A DNA stretch of 49,896 nucleotides. Origin: Craspedostauros australis (taxonomy: Eukaryota). The translations under genes were made by a program, and so were the position numbers. Each line of letters starts with the position of its first letter. Position 1 is the stretch's first letter. The notes under the pieces are model-generated. The model saw nothing but the letters and a program-made list of their open reading frames with translations. It ran no database searches and was not told the DNA's origin. The DNA lies in NCBI GenBank assembly GCA_030167865.1, contig JALAGF010002801.1:1-49896 (forward strand), in the 5' to 3' direction. This document shows positions 13,277 through 25,500 of the stretch, one piece after another.

Positions 13277-14845
13277 ATGCTGCTGGTAGAACAAGAATAT
13301 GATGTTTATGATTTACACAGAGTCTTGTATTTTCGTCCCACGTCGCCATCTTCTTGTTCGTGTTCTCCCATGTCTATTCAGAATGCAAGACGATGACAGA
13401 AGAAGCATTCCTGATTGTGTTCTGATCCGCAGATCGTGGTAACACAAGAGGCCTGGATAGAGCACAGAAAGGTGAAGCATTTGAGTAGCAGAGGGTAGAG
13501 AGTGTCAGCGGAGGCAAGAGACGGGCGCAAACATGCGCAACACGCGTCCTGCTACAGTTTAGATCTCGTCACGGCTCCACAACACATTCAAAGTGCCGCC
13601 ATCAATTCATAAGGTGTGATCTTCTCTTTCGCGAATCCAGACTATCGGCGTCGCGCTGCCATCGATCCGATGTGTGTCGCCGCTCTTGTGTGGTTCCTCC
13701 AATTGATGTTTTCATTGGTCATCGCCCACGTGCGTGAATGTGACCTCACCTCCCGAGATCAACGCCAAGAGAGGAAATGGTCGGTCTCAGTTTTGGCACT
13801 CCGGAGACGACCATTTATTGCCGAGCGCAAAAGTCCTCTCCCTTCGCAAGCGGCTGGCTCCATTGCCAAACGCTCTGCGTGGGGCTTGTCGTTGCATCGG
13901 TGGAGGCAAACAAGTCCAGGATCCGTGCAGAAAGTGACCTCCTTGCTGCTGGTTTCTCTCTTCTTGGTTTGAAAAGCCGCGACACGGCGAAAGCACAACA
14001 ATGCCAAGGAGCCAACGAGCCTCACTTCTTGGATGTGAGGAGATGTTCCATGTTATTGTTCCCAAACCTCTGCAACAACCAACGCAAGTTGATGGAAATC
14101 GCCGCGACAATCCAATGGAGTGCTCTCTGTGCGTGTGCCGACACACAAAGGGACGCTGGATCCACTCGACGGCGTCTCCGCTGCCTCAGACATCCTTCAT
14201 GTGTTGTAATCGAAGTGCGAAGGTGCTGACCGCCATCGAAGAAAGTGTGAGACGAGAGGAGTTCGAGCTTATCGATTGGGCTTTAATCGGGATTGTCAGT
14301 CCTTATCAATTATGGTCCTCGGCTAATCGTGTGATGCAATTGCTGGGGGGCAACAGTGACTCGAGGAGCTTTCGAAGCAATTATGTCTTGGGACAATCGA
14401 TTATTTATGAGAAATATTGTCAGTATGACCTAGCGTTCCGAAGAACTTAATCGCAAACTACGATCTGAATGACCTGTTGCACGAGCGGTATTTCGCTACC
14501 TGCCGATGTCGCAAATTGCGATGCGATGGAATACGACATACAACATACAACGCGCAACGCACTCCCAAACTCAACACAACAGCCTCCTTCTCCGCAACAG
14601 CGCAAAACCCAAGACCGAAACAAGCACGCAGTGCGAACTTCGCGCGCAGATTCATCATAGTTTCACGCGTTTGTGCGGTATTGCTGCCAACACGACCATC
14701 GCGGCGGCATTTCTTGCCCGCTTCTGTGCTGCGCGGTCGTGTGGAATAGCCAGGAGGCGCAACCCTCGCACACACAAATAGAGTTTCGGAGTCGAATACA
14801 AGGGAACGAGGGCAATCGAACTCGGCCCAACTCAAGTCTCCATTC

Positions 14846-14897
14846 ACAATAGCAATAGAAACAGCAATAGAAACAGCAATAGCAATAGCAACAGCAG
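14846..14897. repeat. CAATAG/AAACAG hexamer tandem repeat upstream of M36 gene copy 1
   Basis: caatagcaatagaaacagcaatagaaacagcaatagcaatagcaacagcag. Confidence 0.8.
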
Positions 14898-14946
14898 TGA
14901 CTACAGAACACGACGAGTACTATTAGACTATTGGTGCCACACAAGC

Positions 14947-17900
14947 ATGATCACGAGGAAAACGAGGCCAACCGGCAGCAGCAGCAGCCTTCTTGGCATG
15001 TTGTTGTTGCTTTGCATGTCGGCCGCGTTCTTGGCGAGCGTCGATGCCGAACGTCCCGTGATCACGCGGCGCCTGGAGGAGGACTACGGCCAGAAGGTGC
15101 TGGACTACATCCATGCCAATCCGCAGGCCCTTGGCGTGGAGGCCGAGGACGTCGACGAGCTGGAGCTGACCGGCGTGGCTCCTGGCGCCTACCAGCACAC
15201 GCGCCAACCGGCAGACGACGACGATGGCGCGAGACGCCGACTGCGCGGAGACAACATGGTGCACAGGCACAGCGCGGACAGGAAGAGCACGAGCCACGTC
15301 TACATCGTGCAGTCGCACAGCGGCATCCAGGTCTCCAACGCGCGCGCCACCGTCATCATGGTGGGCGACGAGGTGCAGCAGATCAACTCGCGCTTCCAGA
15401 ACAAGCTGAGGGAGTGCAGCACTCTGCCGGAGGACCGCGCTGTCTCGGCGGCCGACGCCATTGAGATCGCGGCGGTGGCCTTCGAGAACGTCACCGACCT
15501 CGACACCGTCGTCTTCCCCGTCGTGGAGAAGAAGGCCCCGCAGCCCGGCGACGCCACGATGGCCACCGTCTTCGAGGGCCAGCCGGGCCTGTCCAACGAG
15601 GACATCCCAGCGCACCTCACCTACTACAACATGGAGGAGCAGGACTGCGACGTCCGCCTGGCATGGAACATCATGCTGCACGTCGACGCCAACAACAGGC
15701 TGGAGATCTGGGTGGACGCCAGCGTCAACAGAGGCGGCGTCCTGCAGCACAACAACTGGGTCAGCGGCGCCACCTACTCCGCGCTCGCCCTGCCCAAGGA
15801 GAGCCCCTGCGTGGAGTGCAACTACGCCGATTGGATCACCACCTTCGAGAACATCCCGCTCGATGTCGTCGTCGATCCAGAGATTTCCAACGCCTCGCCC
15901 GAGGGATGGTTGACGTACGGCTCCCACACCTACGACGTCGCGCAGGGCAACAACGTCAACGCCGTCATCGAGAAGGATGGTTACGACTATGGCCGATACT
16001 CGGTGCCTGAGACGTCGCCCGGAGTCTTCGACTACTCCGGCTTTGGCTTCTACGAGGCCGAGTGGGAATCCACCCGCAACCCTGCGGTCGTCAACGTCTT
16101 CTACGTCGTCAACCTCATCCATGACATTCTCTACCAGTACGGCTTCGACGAGGCCAGCGGCAACTTCCAGGAGGACAACTACGGCAACGGCGGCATCGGC
16201 GGAGACTCCATACGCGCCGAGGTCGACTACAAGCAGTACAACAACGCCAACATGTACACGCCGCCCGATGGCCAGAAGCCGCTCATGCAGCTATACCCGT
16301 TCGACATGGCGCTGTACGGCTCCGTCGGTGAGCCGCAACCATCCGTCTTGGTGGGATCGTCATCGTACGCCCAGAAAGGAGTCAATGTAGAATTCGCAAG
16401 CGGTTGGGGTAAGTGGTGGAGAGTCTCGTTGTGATGCGTTCCGACTGTGTACGAAGAGTGCGGGAGATGTTCGATTCATGCGACATGCGCACTCACACTT
16501 TCGCTACCGTGCTTCCATTTCATTCCACAATATGCGCACTTGCATGAACACTTCCATGGACACTGGCACACGTCGTCGACAGGTGACTTCTTCGCCTGGG
16601 GCATCCGCGGCGCCGACATCGTCGTGTCCGACACCGTTGGCAGCCTCGAGTGCGAGGCCAAGCAGGACCAAGCCTACGAAGGCAAGGTCGTCATCATCCA
16701 GGAGGGAACCTCAGCCCAAAACGTCAACGGCTGCGACTTCCCCACCAAGGCATTGTACGCCCAGAACCGCGGCGCCAAAGCCGTCCTTTTCGCAGGACAG
16801 GACGAGACTCTGGCTCCGATTGTCCCCACCACCAGCCAAGGCACAGCCGCCGCGCCGCTCGTCACTACGCCAGTGGCGATCATCAAGAGGAGCGACGCGC
16901 TCAATGCCATCACGACGGCCAACAATGGAGGCACGTCGTACTTTCTGGCCCCTCCGCCTTTCGTACACAGCGCCTTCGACAACGGTACGTTGCATTGCGG
17001 CGCAGCGAAAGCATATCTTTGTTTGTTTGTTTGTTTGTTTGGATCGTGACTTCGCCGTGGATGTTGCTGCCTGTGACATCATCACATGGGCCAGGCAGCT
17101 CTGCTACTTCTACTTGCAGGAGCACTTGACTCGTGATCCATTCCCAGCGCCCCCTCCACTCACTCGTCTTTACCCACTATCCCATCACACGATCTGACTG
17201 GATCGCGCCTTGTCATGCTTTGCAATGTCCTGGCACGGCAAAATCACAGGTATCATTGCCCACGAATGGTGCCACGGCCTGACCAACCGCCTGCTGGGAG
17301 GAAGCAAGACGTCGAGCTGCACCGCCAGCGGAGGTATCAGCAAGGGCATGGAAGAGGGTTGGAGCGACTTCTGCGGTCTCTTCTTCACCGCAGAATCTCC
17401 ATTCGATACGCGCCGCAGCATGGGATCGTACGTCGTGCTCAGCTCATTCGATGTCCGTCCGGGTGTCTACTCCCCTGACATGAACGTGGACAGGGCAACA
17501 TACAACGACGCCGTCCGCACGGGCCCTCTCTACTACAACGGGTGGACTTGGAACTCGATCCTCTGGGACATGTTCTGCGCCTTGGTGGAGCAGGAAGGAT
17601 TCAACAAGGACATGGCCCAACCCGGAGTTGGCGGCAACAACATGGCCATGGAGCTCGTCGTCGAAGGGTTGAAGGCCACCACCTGTCTCCCCAGCTACCT
17701 CGATGCTCGAGAAGGAATCCTCAACGCGTACCAGAACCTCTACCCGAACGGTCCGTACTACTGCATGCTGTGGGGCGTCTTCGCAAGACGTGGAGTTGGA
17801 TACTCTGCCACGGGAACACAGCCCCTCACCCCCGGGTATGACCTGCCACCCGTGTGCAGCAGCTACTCGCTGCCCCGAGTATTCTGGCCAACGGAGAAAT

Positions 17901-20674
17901 CCTGCTCCTTTGATTCGGACTGCACGGATTCCAGCCACATGGGATGCGCGCGCTCGTGCGTGAGCGGCATGTGCGATTATTCCCCGTGCACCGGCTTTGT
18001 ACCCGTAACCGTCACCTCGTCACCGACGTCACAACCGACCACTGTGCCAACAAGCGCACCGACCAGTGAACCCACCAGGACCCCAACCTCCTCGCCCACC
18101 GCGGAACCATCCAGCAGCCCGACCGTCAGCGAAGCACCTACCAGCTGCGTTGATCCGAATGCAGCTCAATTCATGGCATCGACCAACGCGACCTACACAT
18201 CTGAAACGTCCCCGATCGTCCTCACCTTCGAGAACGATGCCGGAACAAGTATCGAGTTCAACTTCGTCCAGACCATCATCAACAGCCAGATCCCGTACGT
18301 GTTCATCAAGTACGTGAGCCAGGAGACCGGAGCAGAGAAGTGCGCCGAGTTTGAAGATGTCGACTTCGGCAGCGCGCATCAGCTCTCCGCCGAATGTTCC
18401 GAAGGAACCACATCGGTGGTGATCTACACTTACAAGGGTGCCGATTGGTCAAGCCAAGGTTGTCAGTCGTGCAGCATCCCGAAGGATGAGAATGATCTGG
18501 CCGATCCAGAAAACTTCGAGGCGTACTACTTCGAGATTCCGTGCCAGACCGAGTGCATCAATCCGACCGCGGCGCCGACGGACTCACCGACGAGTGCACC
18601 GACCAGCGAGCCGACAACACAGCCAACGGACGAACCAACCAGCCGTCCGACGTCTAACCCAACGGTACAGCCAACGGATGAACCGACTTCTGCACCGACC
18701 TCCAACCCAACGGTGCATCCAACGGACAAACCAACCAGCCGTCCGACGTCTAACCCAACAGTGCAGCCAACGGACGAACCGACTTCCGCACCAACCTCTA
18801 ATCCGACAGCACAGCCAACCGACAAACCAACAAGTGGTCCGACGTCTAACCCAACAGTGCAGCCAACGGACGAACCGACTTCTGCACCGACCTCTATTCC
18901 GACAGCACAGCCAACGGATGAACCAACAAGTGGTCCGACGTCTAACCCGACGGTGCAGCCAACGGATGAGCCGACTTCCGCACCAACAGCTGGGCCAACT
19001 GCTGAACCGACGTCCAACCCGACAACACAGCCCACGACCACACCAACTGCAGGACCAACCAGCGGGCCAACTTCATCACCGACTTCCGCGCCAACTACGG
19101 CGCCGACCACTAGTCCAACGACACAGCCCACCACCGAACCAACTGCAGAACCAACCACCGGGCCGACCTCATCACCGACTGCTGGACCAACGTCTGGTCC
19201 AACAGGTGGGCCAACCTTCGCGCCAACAGCTGCACCGACTTCTAGCCCAACAACACAACCCACGGCCACACCGACTGCAGGACCAACCAGCGGGCCAACC
19301 TCATCACCGACTGCTGGGCCGACTGCTGGACCAACCGCAGGACCAACAGGTGGGCCAACTTCTGGGCCAACAACAGCACCAACTGCAGGCCCGACTTCTA
19401 GCCCAACAACACAACCCACGGCCACACCGACTGCAGGACCAACCAGCGGGCCAACCTCATCACCGACTGCTGGGCCAACGTCTGGACCAACCGCAGGACC
19501 AACTGCAGGCCCGACTTCTAGCCCAACAACACAACCCACGGCCACACCGACTACAGGACCAACCAGCGGGCCAACCTCATCACCGACCGCTGGGCCGACT
19601 GCTGGGCCAACGTCCGTACCAACCGTGGCACCAACCAATGAACCAACAGGCAAGCCCGTATTTGGACCCACCAGCGCTCCAACCAGCGCACCGACATCTG
19701 TCCCAACTCTTGGACCAACCAGCAATCCTACCACTGGGCCAACGAGCGGACCAACCTCCGGCCCGACTTCTGGACCGACCAGCGCACCAACTGTTGGGCC
19801 AACTAGCGCACCAACGACTGGACCAACCTCCGTGCCAACAGCAGCACCAACTGCAGGCCCGACTTCAGAGCCAACCAGCGAACCAACAGGCAAGCCCGTC
19901 TTTGGACCCACCAGCGCTCCAACCAGCGCACCGACATCTGTCCCAACTCTTGGACCAACCAGCAATCCTACCACTGGCCCAACAAGTGGGCCAACGAGCG
20001 GACCAACCTCCGGCCCGACTTCTGGACCGACCAGTGCACCAACTGCCGGGCCAACGAGCGCACCAACAACTGGGCCAACCTCCGGGCCAACAGCAGCACC
20101 AACTGCAGGCCCGACTTCAGATCCAACCAGCGAACCAACAGGCAAGCCCGTCTTTGGACCCACCAGCGCTCCAACCAGCAATCCTACCACCAACCCAACC
20201 TCCGGGCCAACAGCAGCACTCCCAACGCAGTCTGACGAGACCGAAGACGACAATCCAACGAGCAGCAGCTGCCCTCAAGATATCAAGCTTATCAGGACCG
20301 TCGGTGTGACTTCCGTCCCATCGATTCCAATCGAGATCGTGAGCCAGGACACACAGACGGTTACGTACAGATTCAACCAACCGTGGCCGGAGACAGTCGA
20401 CGCAGTGTGGCTCAGCCACCACAACACAGCCACCGGCGACATCGATTGCTTCGAGGAGATGAATGTCGCTCCGAAGCAAACTCTCGAATTCAGTGCCATG
20501 TGCCGATCCCACAGCTCGGTAGCCGTCATCGATGTATTCGTCTCTGACGACGGCATCCTCACCCCGGGAGGCGATGTTTCGGAGATTCCGCAGTGCTGCC
20601 ATGCCACCATCCCGGCAGAAAAGCCGGTGGTGCACTACATCTTCGAGCTGCATTGCAAGTCGAAGTGCGACTGA
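14947..20674 (+). CDS. Secreted M36 (fungalysin-type) zinc metalloprotease with PA insert, Pro/Thr-rich stalk and two Cys-bounded modules; copy 1 (~1760 aa)
   Basis: Exons 14947-16408, 16583-16984 and 17250-20674, with GT-AG phase-1 introns joining in frame. Signal peptide; FTP-like propeptide (SHVYIVQSHSGIQVSNA); ASPEGW, GNNVNA, YQYGFDEASGNFQEDNYG, NNANMYTPPDGQKPLMQLY; PA domain; zinc motif IIAHEWCHGLTNRL; GMEEGWSD; VFARRGVG. Confidence 0.92.
18560..20225 (+). repeat. Coding tandem repeat of PTxx tetrapeptides (mucin-like stalk) with higher-order units
   Basis: More than 130 PT[S/A/T]x units. 16-aa units (TSNPTVQPTDEPTSAP) at about 18620-18990, and three copies of EPTGKPVFGPTSAPTS near 19640, 19880 and 20132. 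Confidence 0.92.
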
Positions 20675-21832
20675 AGAGGAAACCTGAGACCAAATCAGTG
20701 AAGGGCGGCGCACTAATCAGATCGCCTATCTTCAAGAACACGCTTGCATGCGAGCACGTGCAAGCAGGCTATGGGCCAACCAGGAACGACGAACAGGCTG
20801 CGGCACTCGCGGCTACAGTCCTCGCTACCCCAATAGACTATCGACTATGGAAGAAAACCGTGTACAATAATAAACAATCCAACTTTTCCATGAACCACAA
20901 ACACTTGCTCTCCTGTGGCGCCCGACTGCAGCCGTGCATCCTCCGCGGCGAGGTTGGGACAGGTCCATATGCCATGTAATACCTGTACCCTCGATCAGAC
21001 GCAGAACCTATGGAAGTCTGTCGCGGCACTGGCGGATGCTCTGAAGCCAAGGGCCTCGTCGGAGTGAACGCTGTGTCGTCACGTTGCTGTGCAGAATGTA
21101 GGACGCCGGCGTATTTCAGCCACATGGGTAGCGACAAGCCTGGTGGTCAACTCATGGACGACGTGAACGAGGAGCAAGTCATGTTTCTACCCGGAGGTCT
21201 CACCACGGCCGACACCATCGCCAACAGCTGCGGCAGAAATATTGAAAGCAAGGACACGTGAGCAACTTGCACAGAGACATCATCATTTCCTGTTGTTGGT
21301 TTGTGGTCACGTGTTTGTTCCGTTCCTCCAAGTGACAAAGTAATATAATATTAATATATTGCCACATACCCCACAAATGGCGCCAAGCGTTAATGTTGAC
21401 ATTCATCGGTTACTACCGACTCATTCGATTAGACGTTTTCGAATGAATCATGTATGAATATACTCAAATTACTAAATACCGCAACTTACGTGTGTAGTCG
21501 TGATATCACAAGTAGAGAATAGTGTAAATATACAATGTAACTGCCGCAACTTACAAAAAGGAGAAAAAGTTCTTCGGGGGCATCTGTGCATTTTCTTGTG
21601 ACATGCTCACAAGGTATTTTCGGCTCGAGGCAGCGTCGGCAATGAAGGCACATGTCTTGCAGCAGGTTGTGTCAATGGGTGTCCGCGCGCACGCGCCCTT
21701 GCAGCTGCGCGATGATTGAACGTGATAGTCGTGCGTCAACGCGCACAACACCAGAACCATGGGGGCGCTGTTTGCCGTATTCCGGGCATGGTCGGACACG
21801 CGTTGGTTATCGATGCGTGATCGGCGCTTAGC

Positions 21833-22357
21833 ATGCATCCTTCATGCAGTTGGCGACCAACGGGTGCGATTCGCCTGTCTTGGATGGCCATTTCGGTGCT
21901 TGGATTGACGATTACAGTGACATCCATGCAAATAGTTATTTATGTGCATAGTCCCACCAGAAATGACCGTGCCATAGATGCCATAAATCACGCTTTCCTT
22001 GCGGACCTTGCACACAAGCCACTACCTCCCACGTGTTGCGACAAGGCGATGAAAGAGAATTATGAGGTAGAAAGAGAGAATGGGAGAATAGTGATAACGG
22101 ATGCCAACACTCCCTATGTGGCACACGAGCTATTTGTGCATGCGCTGCGGGGTTGGGCAGGCAAGGACGCAGAAGCATGTGCTGATTCATTGCGTAACGG
22201 CTACAACACGAGAAGAAGCGACTACGTGCCAAGGCCTCGCAGTACCGCGTGTTGTTCCAACCAAGAACAGTTGATCACACAAGAGAACTGCGGAATCCTT
22301 CGTGGGTCGCACAACGCTACTCTAAACCAACCAAGACAGCCAAGAAAGGAGAGGTGA
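21833..22357 (+). CDS. Possible orphan ORF (174 aa, or 143 aa from the internal MQIVIY start)
   Basis: ATG-started ORF with globular-looking composition between the two protease paralogues. No recognisable motif, and codon usage is less C/G-ending than neighbouring genes. Confidence 0.3.
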   Translation: MHPSCSWRPTGAIRLSWMAISVLGLTITVTSMQIVIYVHSPTRNDRAIDAINHAFLADLAHKPLPPTCCDKAMKENYEVERENGRIVITDANTPYVAHELFVHALRGWAGKDAEACADSLRNGYNTRRSDYVPRPRSTACCSNQEQLITQENCGILRGSHNATLNQPRQPRKER

Positions 22358-22486
22358 CCACTCCACCCATAAAACAGATCCAGAGTGGCAAGCAATCAAC
22401 AGCCACTCCACTTGTTGGACAACACTCTGCCTGCAATACCAACAGAGTACTCTGGAGAGATAGCATAAAGCCATAAACTAGAGAGT

Positions 22487-22525
22487 ACAACAACAACAAC
22501 AACAACAACAATAACAGCAAGAACA
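22487..22525. repeat. (CAA)n microsatellite upstream of M36 gene copy 2
   Basis: acaacaacaacaacaacaacaacaataacagcaagaac. Confidence 0.85.
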
Positions 22526-22551
22526 ACTCCACGCAAAAGCAAACGCAAAGC

Positions 22552-25500
22552 ATGATCACTCGGAAATCGAGGCCGAGCGCCATGCTGGGGCTCTTGGTGT
22601 TGCTGTGGGCGCCGGCCGCATGCTTGGCCTCGGTGAACGCAGAACGACCCGTCATCACGCGGCGCCTGGAGGAGGACTTCCAGCAGGAGATCATGGAGTA
22701 CCTCCAGACGAACCCGGAGGCCCTTGGTCTGGGTTCCGATGACATCGAGGAACTGGAGTTCACCGGCATCGCCCCAGGAACGTACCAGCACACCACCGAG
22801 TCAACAGGCTCCGATGATAGCGATGACGGCGATGACGGCGATCAGCGCAGACTGCGCGGAGGCACCGTGATTCAGAAGAAGGTGCACAGGCACGGCAAGG
22901 GCAGGAAGAGCACGAGCCACGTCTACATCGTGCAAGCCTTCCGCGGCATCAAGGTCTCCAATGCGCGCGCCACAGTCGTCATGGTGGGCAGCAAGGTGAA
23001 GCGCGTCAACTCCCGCTTCCGCAAGCATCTCAAGGAGTGCGTCACCTTGCCCAAGGACCGCGTGCTCTCGGCGCACGACGCAGTCATCACCGCAGCGGAG
23101 GCATTCGGCGACCTCGTCGACTTCGCCAGCGTCAGCCTCCCCCTCTCCGAGCCGGAGGGCCCCAAACCCGATGACAAGACAAAGGCCACGGTCTTCACGG
23201 CCCAGCCGGGCTTGTCCATCCGCGACATCGACGCCCATCTCACCTACTTCAACATGGACGGCGAGGATTGCGACATCCGGTTGGCATGGAACGTCAAGAT
23301 CCACTTCAACGCCAACAACAGGATGGAGATCTGGGTGGACGCCGGTCCGAAGCAAGCTGGCGTGATCAAGTCCAACAACTTGGTCAGCGAAGCGACCTAC
23401 TCCGCGCTCGACCTGCCAAAGGAGGCGCCGTGCGTGGAGTGCAACTACGGCACCTGGATATCAACCTACGACAACGACATCCCAGTCGACGTCATCGTGG
23501 ACCCAGAGATGTCCAGCGCATCGCCCGAAGGTTGGTTGACGTTCAACTCACAAACATACGGCGTCACAAGAGGCAACAACGTCAACGCGCTCTTCGAGGA
23601 AGACGGAGCCAACCTCAACGTCTACGAAGTGCCCGAGACATCCCCTGGGGTCTTCGATTACTCCGGTTACGGCTTCTACGAGGCGCAGTGGGAGTCCGTG
23701 AAGAACCCCGCTGTCGTTCACCTCTTCTACATCCTCAACCGTCTGCACGACATCATGTACCAGTACGGCTTCGACGAGGCCAGCGGCAACTTCCAGGAAG
23801 ACAACTACGGCAACGGCGGCCTTGGCGGAGACTCTCTCGAAGCAGAAGTAGATTACAAGGAGACCAACAACGCCAACATGTACACGCCACCCGATGGAGA
23901 AAGGCCCCTCATGCAGATGTACCCGTTCGACTCCGCGATGTACGGCAATATCGGTGAAGTCCGCCGTTCCTTCTCGGTGGGACCGTACACATTCAGCTCC
24001 AAGGGTACTGACATTGAATTCACCAACGACTGGGGTAAGCGTGTTGTGATGTGATGTGTTGTGTTGTGCCACGCTGTGCTGTGGAGAGAGACATGGTCGA
24101 TTCCAACATTCATACATACATATATACATACAAACTGCGCACTCACACATTCACGCATTCATTGCAATGCCTCTCCCCAAACATCCGCATGCCATACCCA
24201 ATACTTTCTTGTCGTCGATCTTATGAAACCACAGCCGACCTCTTCGCTTGGGGCATCCACGGTGCTGAGATCGTCTTGTCCGATACCGAAGGCAACCTCG
24301 AATGTGAGCTCAAGGAGGACAATGCCTACGAAGGCAAGATCGTCATCATCGAGCAAGGAAACTCAGTTCTCAACGTCAATGAATGCGACTTTGCCACGAA
24401 GGCACTGTACGCACAGAACCGTGGTGCCCACGGTGTCGTCATTGCGGGAAAGAACGAACGACTCATCGAGCTGTCGCCGTTCACCAGCCGCGGAGACGCC
24501 GCCGCGCCGCTCGTCACCATCCCGGTGGTGCGACTCAAGAACAGCGACGCGGATAACGTCATTGCGGAAGCCAACAGCGGATCCACGGCCTCTTTGGTGT
24601 CGACCCCACCTTTCGTCCACAGCGCCTTCGACAACGGTAAGTTGCATTTCTTGTGACCTTTGATCGCTCTTCCTGCACGCTGAGGTTAGATTGTGCCGGA
24701 ACTCAAATCAAAACAACATCTTCCCACCGAGCCATCCTATTGCGTTGATGGATATCCGCATGATAACCATGAACATTCATCTCGTATGCCACCGCCCCGA
24801 GGTTGGATCTTCTCTTTTCTCACCGCCTGCCTTCGCTTTTGTTTTATCGTTGTTATTAACATTGTCGCTCCACACATGCGGCTTCTTCCATGACGACCGG
24901 CGTTCAAAACGCAGGTATCGTCGCTCACGAGTGGTGCCACGGCTTGACCAACCGGCTGTTGGGTGGAAGCGACACATCCAGCTGCACGATGAGCACAGCC
25001 GATGGAAACGTTGCGAACGGAATGGAAGAAGGCTGGAGCGACTTCTGTGGTCTCTTCTTCACTTCATCATCTCCCTTCAAGACACGCCGCACCCTTGGTT
25101 CGTTCGTGCTGCTCAACAGCCAAGGTGCCCGTCCGGATTACTACTCGCCCGACATGACCATCGACAACGCTGTCTATGACGGCAGAGTCGCCTCATCGGA
25201 CATCTACTACAACGGGTGGGTGTGGAACTCCATCCTTTGGGACATGCACTCCGCGTTGGTGGAGCAGGAAGGCTTCAACACCAACATGGCCGAGCCCGGT
25301 ATGGGTGGAAACAACATGGCCATGGAGCTTGTGGTGGAAGGCCTGAAAGCCATCGCTTGCTTGCCTTCCTTCATCGATGCCCGCGACGGAATTCTGGATG
25401 CGTACGAGAATCTGTACCCAGATGGTCCGTACCACTGCATGCTGTGGGCCATCTTTGCACGACGTGGACTTGGGCATTCCGCCACGACATCGCCCATCGC

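Noticed and set aside
13330-14850. Short ORFs between the tRNA and protease 1, including a signal-like LALLCFRRVAAFQT on the minus strand
   Set aside because: No ATG start for the signal-like frame, no domain, and no TE hallmarks such as TIRs, LTRs or catalytic motifs.
18438-20309. Long alternative-frame (623 aa, +) and antisense (575 aa, VG-rich) ORFs; regular repeats superficially resembling an array
   Set aside because: By-products of the coding PT repeat. There is no repeat-unique spacer structure, so it is not CRISPR.
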